Counted from the first letter of the stretch, positions 22,213-32,932 are shown. The stretch is 64,000 nt of DNA from Allosphingosinicella sp. (GCA_030447665.1 JAUJOJ010000001.1:2332-66331), one strand, 5' to 3'. Program-made: numbers and translations. Notes: generated by a model from the letters alone, not told the origin.

Positions 22213-22295
22213 ATCGAGGTCTTAACCATATGAAGGGCCTGATTCACGCTTTCGGCGGAAGCGCGTAGCGCTTCCGCCTCAATCGATCGGGCCCT
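22171..22295. repeat. CIR-like bipartite palindromic repeat with GANTC sites
   Basis: CTAGACCTTGAT-CGGATCAGGCTGAATCAGCCTGATCCG...GAGGTCT, then a second hairpin GGCGGAAGCGC GTA GCGCTTCCGCC; GANTC at 22194, 22211 and 22241. Confidence 0.7.
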
Positions 22296-22369
22296 GACGG
22301 TCCTCCCCGGCGCTTGAGACGCCGCAGTGCAGCGCCTACATGAAGGATCGATTTTCAAGGAGACTCGCA

Positions 22370-22688
22370 TTGGCCACCAAGACCGTCACCGACGATAGCT
22401 TCCAGCAGGATGTGATCAGCGCGTCGGGCCCTGTGCTCGTCGATTTCTGGGCGGAATGGTGCGGCCCCTGCCGGATGATCGCGCCGGCGCTCGAGGAGAT
22501 ATCGAACGAGATGGCGAGCGGGTGACCGTCGCCAAGCTCAACATCGACGATAATCCCGACGCGCCGCCAAATATGGCGTCCGCGGGATCCCGACCATGAT
22601 CCTGTTCAAGGACGGCCAGCCTGCGGCGACCAAGGTCGGCGCCGCGCCCAAGGGCGCGCTCCAGAGCTGGCTCGAAGGCCAGCTCTAA
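22370..22688 (+). CDS. trxA: Thioredoxin 1 (two apparent 1-bp deletions at ~22514 and ~22566)
   Basis: AAGGAG RBS, TTG start, [12 protein letters not shown]; downstream frames give [12 protein letters not shown] and [15 protein letters not shown]...LEGQL*; addA-trxA synteny. Confidence 0.92.
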
Positions 22689-22865
22689 GCCTTGTCATTA
22701 GCGACGGGAAGTGTAGCGACGAAGCTGCACACGCGAAGCTGCACACGCAAATGACGCGCGGGTCAGCCTTAGCCCGGCGGCTCGGTCCCTTCCAGGCCGC
22801 GCGCATGAACAGGTCGCCATGTCCCCGGACATGGCTGCGGATTGCCGGGGGCAATCGGCAGCTGC

Positions 22866-23272
22866 TCATGGCCTGAAGCGGTCGTGGCGCGGCAAGGTGT
22901 CGGCAGGTTCGAACCAGGCCAGCCGGCTCGCATAGAAGATATGGAAGCCTGGCGCGACCGCCTCCGGCTCGTCCAAAGTCGCGACGGTGAAATCGACCGT
23001 CTCCGGCTGGTGGTCGACCTTCATCAGGAAAAGTGTGCCGCATTCGCCGCAAAAGGTCCGATGCCCGAAGCTGCTCGACTTGAAGGTCCTGAGCTTGTCC
23101 GCACCTTTCGTGAAGACGAGATCCTCGGGGGAACGCTCGCGAACACGATCGCGGGGGCGCCCGAGCTGAGCTGGCAGGTGCGGCAATGGCACCAGCCGGC
23201 GTCATAAGGGCGGCTCCTCAGCTCGTACCGGATCGCGCCGCAGGCGCAGCCGCCTGAAATCGCATCATTCAT
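22866..23272 (-). CDS. GFA/CENP-V family zinc-binding protein (frameshift at the G-run ~23127-23131)
   Basis: GGCACGAIRY, CHCRTCQ, then in the next frame RTFCGECGT. Confidence 0.85.
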
Positions 23273-23415
23273 GGGCTGTTCGGCTAGGCTCCGGCACCGC
23301 CCCCGTCAATTGACTTGACTTGGGGCCAACCCTACATCGCCTTCGACATAAGGTGCGGGGGCGCAGCCTTGGCTGCAGAGGGTCAGGCCCTCTTCTTCTA
23401 GCGACAGGAACGCTC

Positions 23416-26161
23416 ATGATTGGCGGATTTGCCAAGTCTATTTTCGGGTCGGCCAACGATCGTTACGTGCGGTCTCTCCAGAAGATCGTCGATCGGATCA
23501 ACGGCTTCGAGCCGACCATCTCGGCCATGACCGACGAGGAGCTCCGGCAGCAGACGGTGATCTTCCGGCAGCGCCTCGAGAGCGGCCAGACGCTGGACGA
23601 ACTTCTCCCGGAAGCCTTTGCAACGGTGCGCGAGGCCGCCAGGCGCACGCTCGGCCAGCGCCATTACGACGTCCAGATGGTCGGCGGCATCGTCCTTCAT
23701 CGCGGCTCGATCGCCGAGATGCGGACCGGCGAGGGCAAGACCCTGGTGGCGACGCTCGCCACCTACCTGAACGCGCTGGAAGGGAAGGGCGTCCACGTCG
23801 TCACTGTGAACGACTATCTCGCCCGCCGCGACGCGGACTGGATGGGCCAGGTCTATCGCTTCCTTGGCCTCACCGTGGGCGTGATCGTGCCGAACCTGAC
23901 CGACCAGCAGCGCCGCGCCGCCTATGCGTCGGACATCACCTACGGCACGAACAACGAATTCGGCTTCGATTACCTTCGCGACAACATGAAATATGAGCGG
24001 CCGTCGATGACGCAGCGCCCGTTCAACTTCGCGATCGTCGATGAGGTCGACTCCATCCTCATCGACGAAGCCCGCACCCCGCTCATCATCTCCGGTCCGA
24101 CCGACGACAAGTCCGAGCTCTACATGGCGGTCGACGCCATCGTGAAGCAGCTTCCCGCCGAGCTTTACGAGGTGGACGAGAAGCAGAAGTCGGTGGTGCT
24201 CACCGAAGACGGCACCGAGCATATGGAGCGCTTGCTGGAGCAGGCGGGTCTGCTCGTCGGCGCGAACCTGTACGATTATGAGAACACGCAGGTGGTCCAC
24301 CACCTCAACCAGGCGCTGCGCGCGAACGTGATCTTCAAGCGCGACATCGATTACATCGTGAAGAACGACAAGGTGATCATCATCGATGAGTTCACCGGCC
24401 GCATGATGGACGGGCGCCGCTGGTCCGACGGCCTTCACCAAGCGGTGGAGGCGAAAGAAGGCGTCAATATCGAGCCGGAGAACCAGACCCTCGCCTCGAT
24501 CACCTTCCAGAACTATTTCCGCCTCTATCCTAAGCTCTCGGGCATGACCGGCACCGCCGCGACCGAAGCGCCGGAATTCTTCGACATCTACAAGATGAAC
24601 GTCATCACCATCCCCACCAATCTGCCGGTGCAGCGGAAGGACGACGATGATGAATTCTACAAGAACCAGGACGACAAGTTCGTGGCCATTACAAAGGCCA
24701 TTCAGGAGAAGCAGGCGATCGGCCAACCGATCCTCGTCGGCACCGTTTCGATCGAAAAGTCCGAGCTGCTGTCCGAATTCCTGAAGCGCGAGGGCGTCCG
24801 CCACGAAGTGCTGAACGCACGCTATCACGAACAGGAGGCCCATATCGTCGCTCAGGCCGGGCGGCTCGGCGCGGTGACGATCGCGACCAACATGGCCGGC
24901 CGCGGCACCGACATCCAGCTCGGCGGCAACGTTGATTTTCGTGTGCAGGACGAGCTCAGCGACCTAGAGGACGGTTCCGCACGGGACGCCGCCCTGGCGA
25001 GGATCAAGGCGGAGGTCGAGGAGGAGCGCGAGCGCGTCCGGCAGGCGGGCGGCCTGTTCGTGCTCGGAACCGAGCGGCATGAAAGCCGCCGCATCGACAA
25101 CCAGCTGCGCGGCCGTTCAGGCCGGCAGGGCGATCCCGGCCTCAGCCGCTTCTATCTATCGCTCGATGACGATCTGCTCCGCATCTTCGGCCCACAGACC
25201 ATGTTCGCCCGCCTGATGAACAAGAATCTGGAAGACGGCGAGGCGATCATCAGCCCCTGGATCTCCAAGGCGATCGAGACCGCGCAGAAGAAGGTCGAGG
25301 CTCGCAACTACGACATCCGCAAGCAGGTCGTCGAATATGACGACGTCATGAACGATCAGCGCAAGGTGATCTACGAGCAGCGCGCCGACATCATGGACGC
25401 CGAGACGGTCGGCGACGTCGTCGAGGATATGCGCGCGGAGACGGTCAACGGCGTGGTCGGCGAGGCTTGCCCGCCCAACACCTATCCGGAACAATGGGAT
25501 ATCGACCTCCTCAAGTCGCGGATCCAGGACGTGTTCGGACTTCAGCCGCAGGTCGACGAATGGCTCGAGGAAGAGGCCGTCGACCCTGAGCTTCTGGTCG
25601 AGCGGTTACGCGCCGAGGCGGATGCCCAGATGGCCGCCAAGACCGCCGACCTGGCGCCCGACACTTATATCCAGATCGAGAAGAGCGTGCTGCTCCAGAC
25701 GCTCGACCATCACTGGAAGGAGCATCTCGCGCTGCTCGACGCGCTCCGTCAGGTCGTCCACCTGCGCGCCTATGCGCAGAAGAAACCGATCGACGAATAT
25801 AAGCATGAAGCCTTCGCGATGTTCGAGCGCATGCTCGGCCAGATCCGCGAGGACGTGACCCGGACCCTCGCATTTGCGCAATTCTCGTTTCAGCAGCCGG
25901 ACTTCGCCGAGCTGCCGGAGATGCCGGACTTCATCACCCACCACATCGATCCGTTCACGGGCGATGACGATACCGCCGACATCGACGCCGCCACCGGCAA
26001 CATCCTGTCCCGGCTGCCGCCGCTTCATGCCGCAGCCCGACATGCCCCAGGCCGATTTCGGGGAGATGTTGCCGTCGAGACCTGCCGCCGGTCAGCCGCA
26101 ACGCGCCATGCCCCTGCGGCTCAGGCCGAAGTTCAAACACTGCCACGGCCAGCTGGGCTAG
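23416..26161 (+). CDS. secA: Preprotein translocase ATPase SecA (indels in the last ~140 bp)
   Basis: [52 protein letters not shown]. The SEC-C motif ([17 protein letters not shown]) is recoverable across frames and ends at TAG 26161. Confidence 0.96.
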
Positions 26162-26234
26162 GGCTGACGCGCCAGCCCGGCTGACACTGCGGATGGGGGA
26201 GAAGCCGACTTCGCGGGACGGCGAAGGTTGATCG

Positions 26235-26258
26235 TCCCCTCGCCAAGCGGGGAGGGGA
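26235..26258. repeat. TCCCCTC...GAGGGGA hairpin (REP-like half element or terminator) between convergent genes
   Basis: TCCCCTC GCCAAGCGGG GAGGGGA; same end motif class as the 44524 and 45960 elements. Confidence 0.5.
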
Positions 26259-26266
26259 TATCTGCT

Positions 26267-26881
26267 TCAGGCGAATTTGAAACCTTCCTTGTTCATCATC
26301 GCCGTGATGCGCGAATTCTGCTCTTCGGAGAGCATTTCACGGAAGCGGGGAAGACGTCATTCTCTTCCTCGCGCATATGGCCCTCGATCATCTGCCGGAA
26401 ATCGCGCAGGCGGGCGAGCCATTCGGGGTTGTCCTTGGGCAGCGTCTCGAGCTCGTAGAGGTAGGTCTTCCATAGCCGTGATCTTCGGAGAGGTGATCGG
26501 CATCGCTGGTGTGATTGGCCTGCCGCAGCGCCGGATAGATGACCATCTCTTCCTGGATCGCATGCTTGCGGCATATTTGAGCTTCGCGAGCAACGCGGTG
26601 CGCTGGCCGGTCTGGCTGTCGTCGGTCGTCTCGATCTTGTCGAAGATCGCGAGCGTCATTTCATGCTCGGTCTTGAGCGCGTCGAACCAGTCGCCTGCAG
26701 CCGCGCTTGTCATCTGGACGAAAAGCTTGCGGCCCATGTTGGCGGCGAGGCCCACGGCCGCGCCGGCGACGGCCGCGCCGATCAGAACGCCGGAATTGCT
26801 GTTTCCCCAATCCCACAGCCTGTCGCTGTTCGACTGGTTGCTTTTCTTCGAACCTGTTTTCGTTTCAGTTGTGGTTGCCAT
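26267..26881 (-). CDS. Hemerythrin/HHE-domain protein with N-terminal hydrophobic segment (several indels)
   Basis: LKTEH, HAIQEEMVIYP and HMREEENDVFP motifs across frames; GGAGG RBS; ends ...KEGFKFA*. Confidence 0.8.
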
Positions 26882-26908
26882 TTGGGACCTCCTGATACTG
26901 CCCCTGCA

Positions 26909-26934
26909 AACTTCCGGGCTCGGGACAATGTTCC
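26909..26934 (-). promoter_or_regulatory. Putative sigma-EcfG promoter for the hemerythrin gene
   Basis: Minus strand GGAAC-N18-GTT about 30 bp upstream of the start codon. Confidence 0.6.
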
Positions 26935-27080
26935 GGGTCCGGCTCGCCCGCGCACAACCCGGCGAGATCTTGAAAGTCTCGCCTGGACGATCCGAGACAG
27001 GCCACGGCGGAACGGCGCCCGGGCGCGGGATCGATCCGGCTCAGCCGCCGTTCCGCACGAAAGCGGAAGAGGAGCATCGA

Positions 27081-27332
27081 ATGAATAATCGGCATGAACG
27101 CGACGCGAGGGGCGCGATCGGTGCCATCCTGGGCATCATGATGGTCGGCCTTCTCGTTGCCGCTGCTCTCGCCAAGCAACGCAGCAGGAAGGATCGAGAA
27201 TCCCGGGATCACGGGAACCGAGGCGGCTTCGTCGATCGAGCGGCTCCGGCCCGAGGCGCGATGAGCGACTTCAAAATGCCCGAGGATATGCGCGCCGTCA
27301 TTCCGGAGCCGCCCAGCTACGCTCCTGCCTGA
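27081..27332 (+). CDS. Small single-TM hypothetical protein (83 aa)
   Basis: GAGGAG RBS, hydrophobic GAIGAILGIMMVGLLVAAALA, C-terminal DFKMPEDMRA. Confidence 0.65.
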   Translation: MNNRHERDARGAIGAILGIMMVGLLVAAALAKQRSRKDRESRDHGNRGGFVDRAAPARGAMSDFKMPEDMRAVIPEPPSYAPA

Positions 27333-27346
27333 GGGTCAGAGATCTA

Positions 27347-28643
27347 GGTCGTGAACCCATAAAAGCACGGGCTTGCGGGTGCCGTGTCGGAGTGTGATGC
27401 TTGGGCATGCTGCATGACCAAGTGGCAGAGTTTGAGGCGATTCTGATCGGGCGGAGCTGCGTGATCGGGCGGCGCGAGCACGACTGGACCTTTGACCTGT
27501 GTGAAGGCGTCGGCTTGGCGGTAAGCGCTCCCTGGCGGATCGTTTTCGACGGTCGGATAGCGTTCGCGTCCGAGGACGATGGCCAGATGTTCGGCCTCAA
27601 GTCGCCGGTGGATGGCGAAGCTGAGGCTCGCAAGCTCGTTGGAGATAAGGCCATCACAGCGGCGGCGCTGGACAAAGAGACGGCCGACCTCGTGCTCTAC
27701 TTCGATGCGGCAACTCGGATTGACGTGTTCAACAACTCGATGGGCTATGAAGGCTGGCAGGCGAGCTACGGTATCCATGACAAACGCTGGTCGCTGATTG
27801 CCATGGGCGGCGGCGAAGTCGCGTTCATCGCAGAGTAGTCGGACTTTCTTTTCGCCACAGCCTCTGATTCAGCGTCGGCATAAGCCGATATGACCTGACC
27901 GACTTCGAGTGGCGCGTGATCGAGCCGCTCCTGCCCAACAAGCCTAGAGGCGTGCCGCGCGTCGATGACCGCCGCGTGCTGAACGGCATCTTCTGGGTGC
28001 TGCGATCCGGCGCACCATGGCGTGACCTGCCCGAGCGCTACGGACCCCGGACCACCTGCTACAACCGCTTCAATCGATGGCGAGAGGCAGGCGTGTGGGA
28101 CCGGCTGATGGACGCTATCAGCGCCGCGCACGACGGCCAAATCCAGATGATCGATAGCACTTCCATACGGGCGCACCAGCAGGCTGCGACGGCAAAAAAG
28201 GGGGTGCAGATCATTGTCTCGGTCGATCACGAGGCGGCCTCACGACCAAGATCCACGTCGTCGTCGATGCGCAGGGGCTCCCGATCCGGCTCGGCTTGAG
28301 CGCCGGGCAAGCGCACGACGGGCAGATCGCAGACCGGCTGCTCGACCATCTCTGTCCGCGCACTATCGTGCTGGCCGACAAGGCCTACGACGCCGACCGC
28401 ATCCGAGAAATGATCCAGGACCAGGGTGCCACGCCCAACATCCCGCCAAAGAGCAACCGAAAGTGGAAGCCCTGCTTCAGCACGCGGCTCTACCGCGAGT
28501 GCAATCTGATCGAGCGCTTCTTCTCCAAGCTGAAGCACTTCCGCCGCGTCGCCACCCGCTACGACAAGCTCGCAGCCAACTTCCTCGCGATGGTCCAGCT
28601 CGCCTCAATGCGACTGTGGCTCCACGCTTATGAGTCTACGGCC
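27347..28643 (+). mobile_element. IS5-family (IS427-like) element including a passenger gene
   Basis: Imperfect terminal inverted repeats GGTCGTGAACCCATAA (27347) and TTATGAGTCTACGGCC (ending 28643), each flanked by TA within CTAG; encloses an ORF plus a split transposase. Confidence 0.7.
27407..27838 (+). CDS. Hypothetical protein (possibly DUF6188-like), IS passenger
   Basis: Clean 143-aa ORF with globular composition (PWRI...FGLKSPVD...DLVLYF...SMGYEGW); family call is tentative. Confidence 0.6.
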   Translation: MLHDQVAEFEAILIGRSCVIGRREHDWTFDLCEGVGLAVSAPWRIVFDGRIAFASEDDGQMFGLKSPVDGEAEARKLVGDKAITAAALDKETADLVLYFDAATRIDVFNNSMGYEGWQASYGIHDKRWSLIAMGGGEVAFIAE

Positions 28644-28646
28644 TAG
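27880..28646 (+). CDS. IS5-family transposase with -1 programmed frameshift; start codon appears mutated to ATA
   Basis: (M)SRYDLTDFEW..DDRRVLNGIFWVLRSGAPWRDLPERYG; A_AAA_AAG at 28194-28200 leads to GRSRGGLTTKIH, ADKAYD, IERFFSKLKHFRRVATRYDK. Confidence 0.9.
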
Positions 28647-29620
28647 TAGATATAACCTTCACGCTCGAGGAAGTCCCGGTCGGCGCGACGCGCGCTTTGG
28701 CGTCTCGCGGCCTTGCGATTCCGGACGTAGCGGGCGGGCTTGCTTCTGCGGATGTGGGTGGCGGACGGCATGTTGGCAGTCCGCGGGGCCTGAACGCGCA
28801 GCGGCGCCGAGGCTGCCTGAAGTGGCCGGGGCGCGGGCGGGCGAAGTCTCTCCGACGTGAGCCCTCGAAGCTGAGCCAGGCGTGCGCTTATCCAGCTTTC
28901 GTCGGAGGAAATCAGCCGCGCCGCCCATTCATGTCGGCTATTGAGCTCGTCGGGCCGAAAGCGGGGAAGCTGCGGCAGATCGTCGCCGGCTACCTTTGCG
29001 TCGTAATCGGCGGCGGCGTGGTCGAACGCCACGCAAAAATCGAATTCGATGGCGCTTTGCGAGCGGCTTTGTCCGGCGAAGCAATCCTGACTGAATGCGG
29101 AGAGCCCAAGCAGGCCGGTCCGATCCTTGATCCTCCGGAATTCACCAAGAGCGCGATCGACGTCCTTGACGCGGACGGCAGCGGGATTTCCCGTAGGCGT
29201 GGTCTGAAGCGCAAGCGAGCGTCCATTGGCGTCCAAGAAGCGCTGGCCCGCCTCCGTCTCCCGCCAGACAATGAACGCGGCTGCTGCGACGACGAGCAAC
29301 AGCACGGCGGGCCAGCGGGATTTTCGGCGGCGCCTGGGCAGCGGCGGATGGTAGATGACCGGACCTGAGGCGGCTGCGGCGGCTCGCCGAAACGCATCCT
29401 GACGCGCCCGCTCGTCATTGTCGTAACGGGCCCGCCGATCGGGATCGCGAAGCACTTGAAAGGCTTCGTTGATTTCGGCGGCCCGGCGCAGATCTCCTCC
29501 CGGCGCCCCGGCCAGCATGTCCGGATGATATTTCTTGATCAGCGCCTTGTAGGCGGCCTCGATCACGGCCGGATCCGCATCCGGCGCGACATTCAGCACT
29601 GCGTACAGGGACTTGCTCAT
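28643..29620 (-). CDS. Membrane-anchored J-domain (DnaJ-like) protein
   Basis: SLYAVLNV..AYKALIKKYHPD..EINEAFQVLRDP, TM segment WPAVLLLVVAAAAFIVW, uncharacterised C-terminal domain. Confidence 0.8.
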   Translation of the reverse strand: MSKSLYAVLNVAPDADPAVIEAAYKALIKKYHPDMLAGAPGGDLRRAAEINEAFQVLRDPDRRARYDNDERARQDAFRRAAAAASGPVIYHPPLPRRRRKSRWPAVLLLVVAAAAFIVWRETEAGQRFLDANGRSLALQTTPTGNPAAVRVKDVDRALGEFRRIKDRTGLLGLSAFSQDCFAGQSRSQSAIEFDFCVAFDHAAADYDAKVAGDDLPQLPRFRPDELNSRHEWAARLISSDESWISARLAQLRGLTSERLRPPAPRPLQAASAPLRVQAPRTANMPSATHIRRSKPARYVRNRKAARRQSARRADRDFLEREGYIY

Positions 29621-29691
29621 CTTCTTCCCACAGGCGATGCACCATGCCGGATGAACGAAGCAAGACCAGCGGCGATCATTTCGTGAGAATG

Positions 29692-29766
29692 TGGCTCCCC
29701 GGGACGGATTCGAACCATCGGCCATCCGATTAACAGTCGGATGCTCTACCGCTGAGCTACCGGGGA
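29692..29766 (-). tRNA. tRNA-Asn(GTT)
   Basis: TCCCCGGTAGCTCAGCGGTAGAGCATCCGACT-GTT-AATCGGATGGCCGATGGTTCGAATCCGTCCCGGGGAGCCA; cloverleaf with encoded CCA. Confidence 0.97.
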
Positions 29767-29833
29767 GCAGCCATCAGGCGAGGCGGCCTATAGCAGCATG
29801 TTTTTCCGGACTGCAAGCACTTGCGCCGCCTCA

Positions 29834-29904
29834 GAGCCTGTTTGGGAATGCGGGCTGGCGCCGAGCCGAGAAATGCGCTCCTGAGCGCATTTCCAAACAG
29901 GCTC
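29834..29904 (-). mobile_element. Short (71 bp) MITE-like element
   Basis: TIR GAGCCTGTTTGG/CCAAACAGGCTC flanked by a TCA direct repeat; homologous to 61138-61278. Confidence 0.8.
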
Positions 29905-30690
29905 TCAGACGGCGAATTGCTCCATGGTAATCCGCTCGTCGAGCGCGTGCTCGGGATCGAAAAGCAGGGTCAAGGCGAGGCTTCGATCGACACGGACCGT
30001 GACGGTCGAGACGTCGCGGACCTCGAGCTGATCGGCGACGGCCGAGACGGGGCGCTTCACTGGATCGAGCACTCGGAATTCGATCCTCAGGTCATCGGGA
30101 ATGAGGGCGCCGCGCCAGCGGCGAGGGCGGAAGGGGCTGATCGGCGTCAGGGTCACCAAATTGGATCCCAGGGGAAGGATCGGACCCTGCGCCGACAGAT
30201 TATAGGCGGTCGAACCCGCCGGCGTCGCCACCAGCACCCCGTCGCAGACCAGCTCGGGAAGCACGACGCGGCGGTTCACCGACACCTCGATCAATGCCGT
30301 CTGGCGCGTTTCGCGAAGCAGCGAGACTTCGTTGATGGCGGGATTGCTCACCGTCTCCCCGTTGACGCGAACCGCGTCCATCCTCAGTGGAGCGACCGAA
30401 AAGGCACGCGCCCGATTGAGGCGGTCCCTGAGCCCATCGATCCGCCACTCGTTCATCAGGAAGCCGATCGTCCCCCGATTCATGCCGAAGACAGGGCAAA
30501 GCGTCCGGCGCTTCAGCATCTCGTGCAGGGTGTGGAGCAGGAAGCCGTCACCGCCAAGGGCAACAACCTGTTCGGCCTCCTCCAGCGCCACGAAGCTGTA
30601 GCGCTCGCGGAGCATGACCTCAGCCGCCTGCGCGGCTTCGGCGGGGGAGGCCAGGAGAGCCGTCGGTCGGTCGGCATTGGCGGTCATCAT
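29905..30690 (-). CDS. nadK: NAD kinase
   Basis: LGGDGFLL, NRGTIGFL, AINE, DGVLVATPAGSTAYNLSAQGP. Confidence 0.93.
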   Translation of the reverse strand: MMTANADRPTALLASPAEAAQAAEVMLRERYSFVALEEAEQVVALGGDGFLLHTLHEMLKRRTLCPVFGMNRGTIGFLMNEWRIDGLRDRLNRARAFSVAPLRMDAVRVNGETVSNPAINEVSLLRETRQTALIEVSVNRRVVLPELVCDGVLVATPAGSTAYNLSAQGPILPLGSNLVTLTPISPFRPRRWRGALIPDDLRIEFRVLDPVKRPVSAVADQLEVRDVSTVTVRVDRSLALTLLFDPEHALDERITMEQFAV

Positions 30691-30832
30691 GCAGTTGCTA
30701 GGGCCGATATGGTGCACCGGCAAGTGAGGCTGTTTCGGGGAGGGACAGCCGATCTAAACAGATTGTTGAGGGAAAGCGGGAAGAGTAGACCGCAGTCAAC
30801 AAAGGGACTCTAGCGATCGAGAGGACAAGCAA

Positions 30833-32867
30833 ATGACGGCGGGGGCCCTGGTGCCACTGTTCATCCTCTCGTTCCGCCATCGCGACGAGCTGACCCAGGT
30901 GGCCGAGCAGGCCGGATGGCAGCCGATCGCCGCCCGCAGGAGCGCGAATGCCGAGAGCCGCTTCGTCTCGTCCGGTGCATCGGTCGCGATCGTCGATGCA
31001 CGGGGGGCCTTGTCGGAGGGGCTTCAAGGCGTGCGCCTGCTCGCGGACGCCGTCGAGGCGAATGCATCGGCGATGCTCGTTCTCGTTTCCCGCAACGACG
31101 GGTCTGCCCTCGACCAGTTCCTGAGCGACGGCGCCACTCACTTCCTGGCGAGCCCGTTTGGCGATCAGGAATTCGTCCAGGCCGTCCAATTCGCGCAGCG
31201 GCATGCCGAGCGGGTCGGGGGCCGGCGACGGTGTCGCGGCGCGCCGAGCAGATCGCGCAAATCCGGAAATCGTCCTGGCGCTGGCAGCCGGGCACCTCCA
31301 CGGTCGAGCTGAGCCCGGCGCTGGCCCGAAAGGCCGGCCTTGGCGGCGATCAAGGCCAGCGCGTGAGCCTGATTGAGCTGTTCCGGAAGCTCGATGCGGA
31401 AGGGCGCCGGGCTGCTCGCGGCGCCATCGGCCGTGTGATGAGCACCGGCCAGCCGACCGCCTTTGCGCATTGCGATGCCGAAGGGGTGAGGCTCGCGCAC
31501 CATCTGCGGGTGGAGGAGGAGTACGGAGAGATTGTCGGCCGCACCGAGACGATCGGCGCCGGCGACGGCGGAGCCTTTCAATCCCGCGATCCGATGACCG
31601 GGGTGCGCGACGCCCGGGCGGGCCGGCTCTGGATCCAGGAGAAGCTATCGTCGAGCGACGGCAGCGAGCCGGCAGTGGTGGCGCTGCTGCTCGACGTCAG
31701 CCGCTTCGACGCGATCAACGCCGCGTTCGGACGCTCCACGGGCGACAGCGTGCTGCAGGCGGCGGCGCGCAGAATCGAACGCCTCGTGGAAACGGACAAC
31801 AAGGCGCGGTTCCTGGCGCGCATGGCCGGCGCGCAGTTCGCGGTGGCGCTGGCGGCGCCGACCAGCCTCAGCGAGGGCCGCTTCCTTGCGGGTCAGCTGG
31901 TGGAAGCGATTGGAAGGCCGTTCATGTCGGGCGACCATGTCATCACGCTCGGCAGCCGGGTGGGCGTCGCCGCTTCGGCTCCGGAAGACGATGCGGCGAG
32001 CCTGCTGCGACGCGCGAGCGCCGCGCTCGCCGATGCCAAGGCGGCCGAGGCGGCGCCGATCCGGGTGCTCGATTCGGGGGCGCGGAGCGACAGCGTCCGC
32101 GGCGATCAGCTCGAGGTCGACCTCCGCCGCGCGCTCGACCAGGACGAAATCGAGATCTGTTCCAGCCGCAGGTCTCGGTCACGACCGGCAGGATCGAGGG
32201 CGCCGAAGCCCTGGCCCGCTGGCGCCATCCAACGTTCGGCGAGCTTGGCGCGGCAACCCTCTTCAGCGTGGCCGAACGATCGGATTATATGGTCCAGCTC
32301 TCCGACCATGTGCAGCGCAAGGCCGTGATCGCGGCCGCCGAATGGCCGGATGTGCTTTCCGGCCTACGGCTGTCGGTGAACATCACGGCAGCCGACATCG
32401 TCCGGCCGGGTTTCGCCTCGCAGTTCATCGAGCTCGTCGACAGCAGCCATTTCGATCCCAGACGCCTGACCGTCGAGGTGACGGAGAGCGGCCTCATCGA
32501 GGATCTCAACGCCGCCGCCTATCTACTTGCTAATCTGAGGGAAGGGGGCCTGCGCGTCGCGATCGATGATTTCGGCACCGGCTATTCGAGCCTTGCTTAT
32601 CTGAAGGCGCTGCCGCTCGATTACCTGAAGATCGACAAGCGCTTGTGCGAGGATATTACCGGCTCGACGCGAGACCGGGTCGTGGTCCGCAGCGTCATTG
32701 ACATGGCCCGCTCGCTGGGGCTCGGGGTCATTGCCGAAGGCGTCGAGACGGAAGAGCAGCTTGGCCTGCTCGCGCAGGAAGGATGTAATCTCTATCAAGG
32801 CTTCCTGTGCTCGCAGCCGATCGACAGCGCCGCGCTGGCGGCATTGGTGACAGCCCGGCGAGCCTAG
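30833..32867 (+). CDS. REC-like/GGDEF(degenerate)/EAL c-di-GMP phosphodiesterase (indels at ~31218 and ~32157)
   Basis: FDAINAAFG..GD with AGAQF in place of GGDEF; EALARW, IDDFGTGYSSL, KIDK, AEGVET, QGFL. Confidence 0.85.
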
Positions 32868-32932
32868 GGTCCAGACCCTCGCCTGATCGCCCGAAGGGCC
32901 GACACCGGACGGCTCTCGCTCCACTCGGGCGT

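Noticed and set aside
22720-22748. 14-bp tandem duplication CGAAGCTGCACACG x2
   Set aside because: Only two units and no spacers; lies in a degenerate REP-like repeat, so not CRISPR.
26020-26184. Unusual SecA C-terminus lacking the zinc-binding motif
   Set aside because: The SEC-C motif is present in shifted frames; indel artefact.
27007-27056. 11-bp inverted repeat containing GGAAC as an EcfG promoter
   Set aside because: No GTT at the correct spacing; only a hairpin of unknown role.
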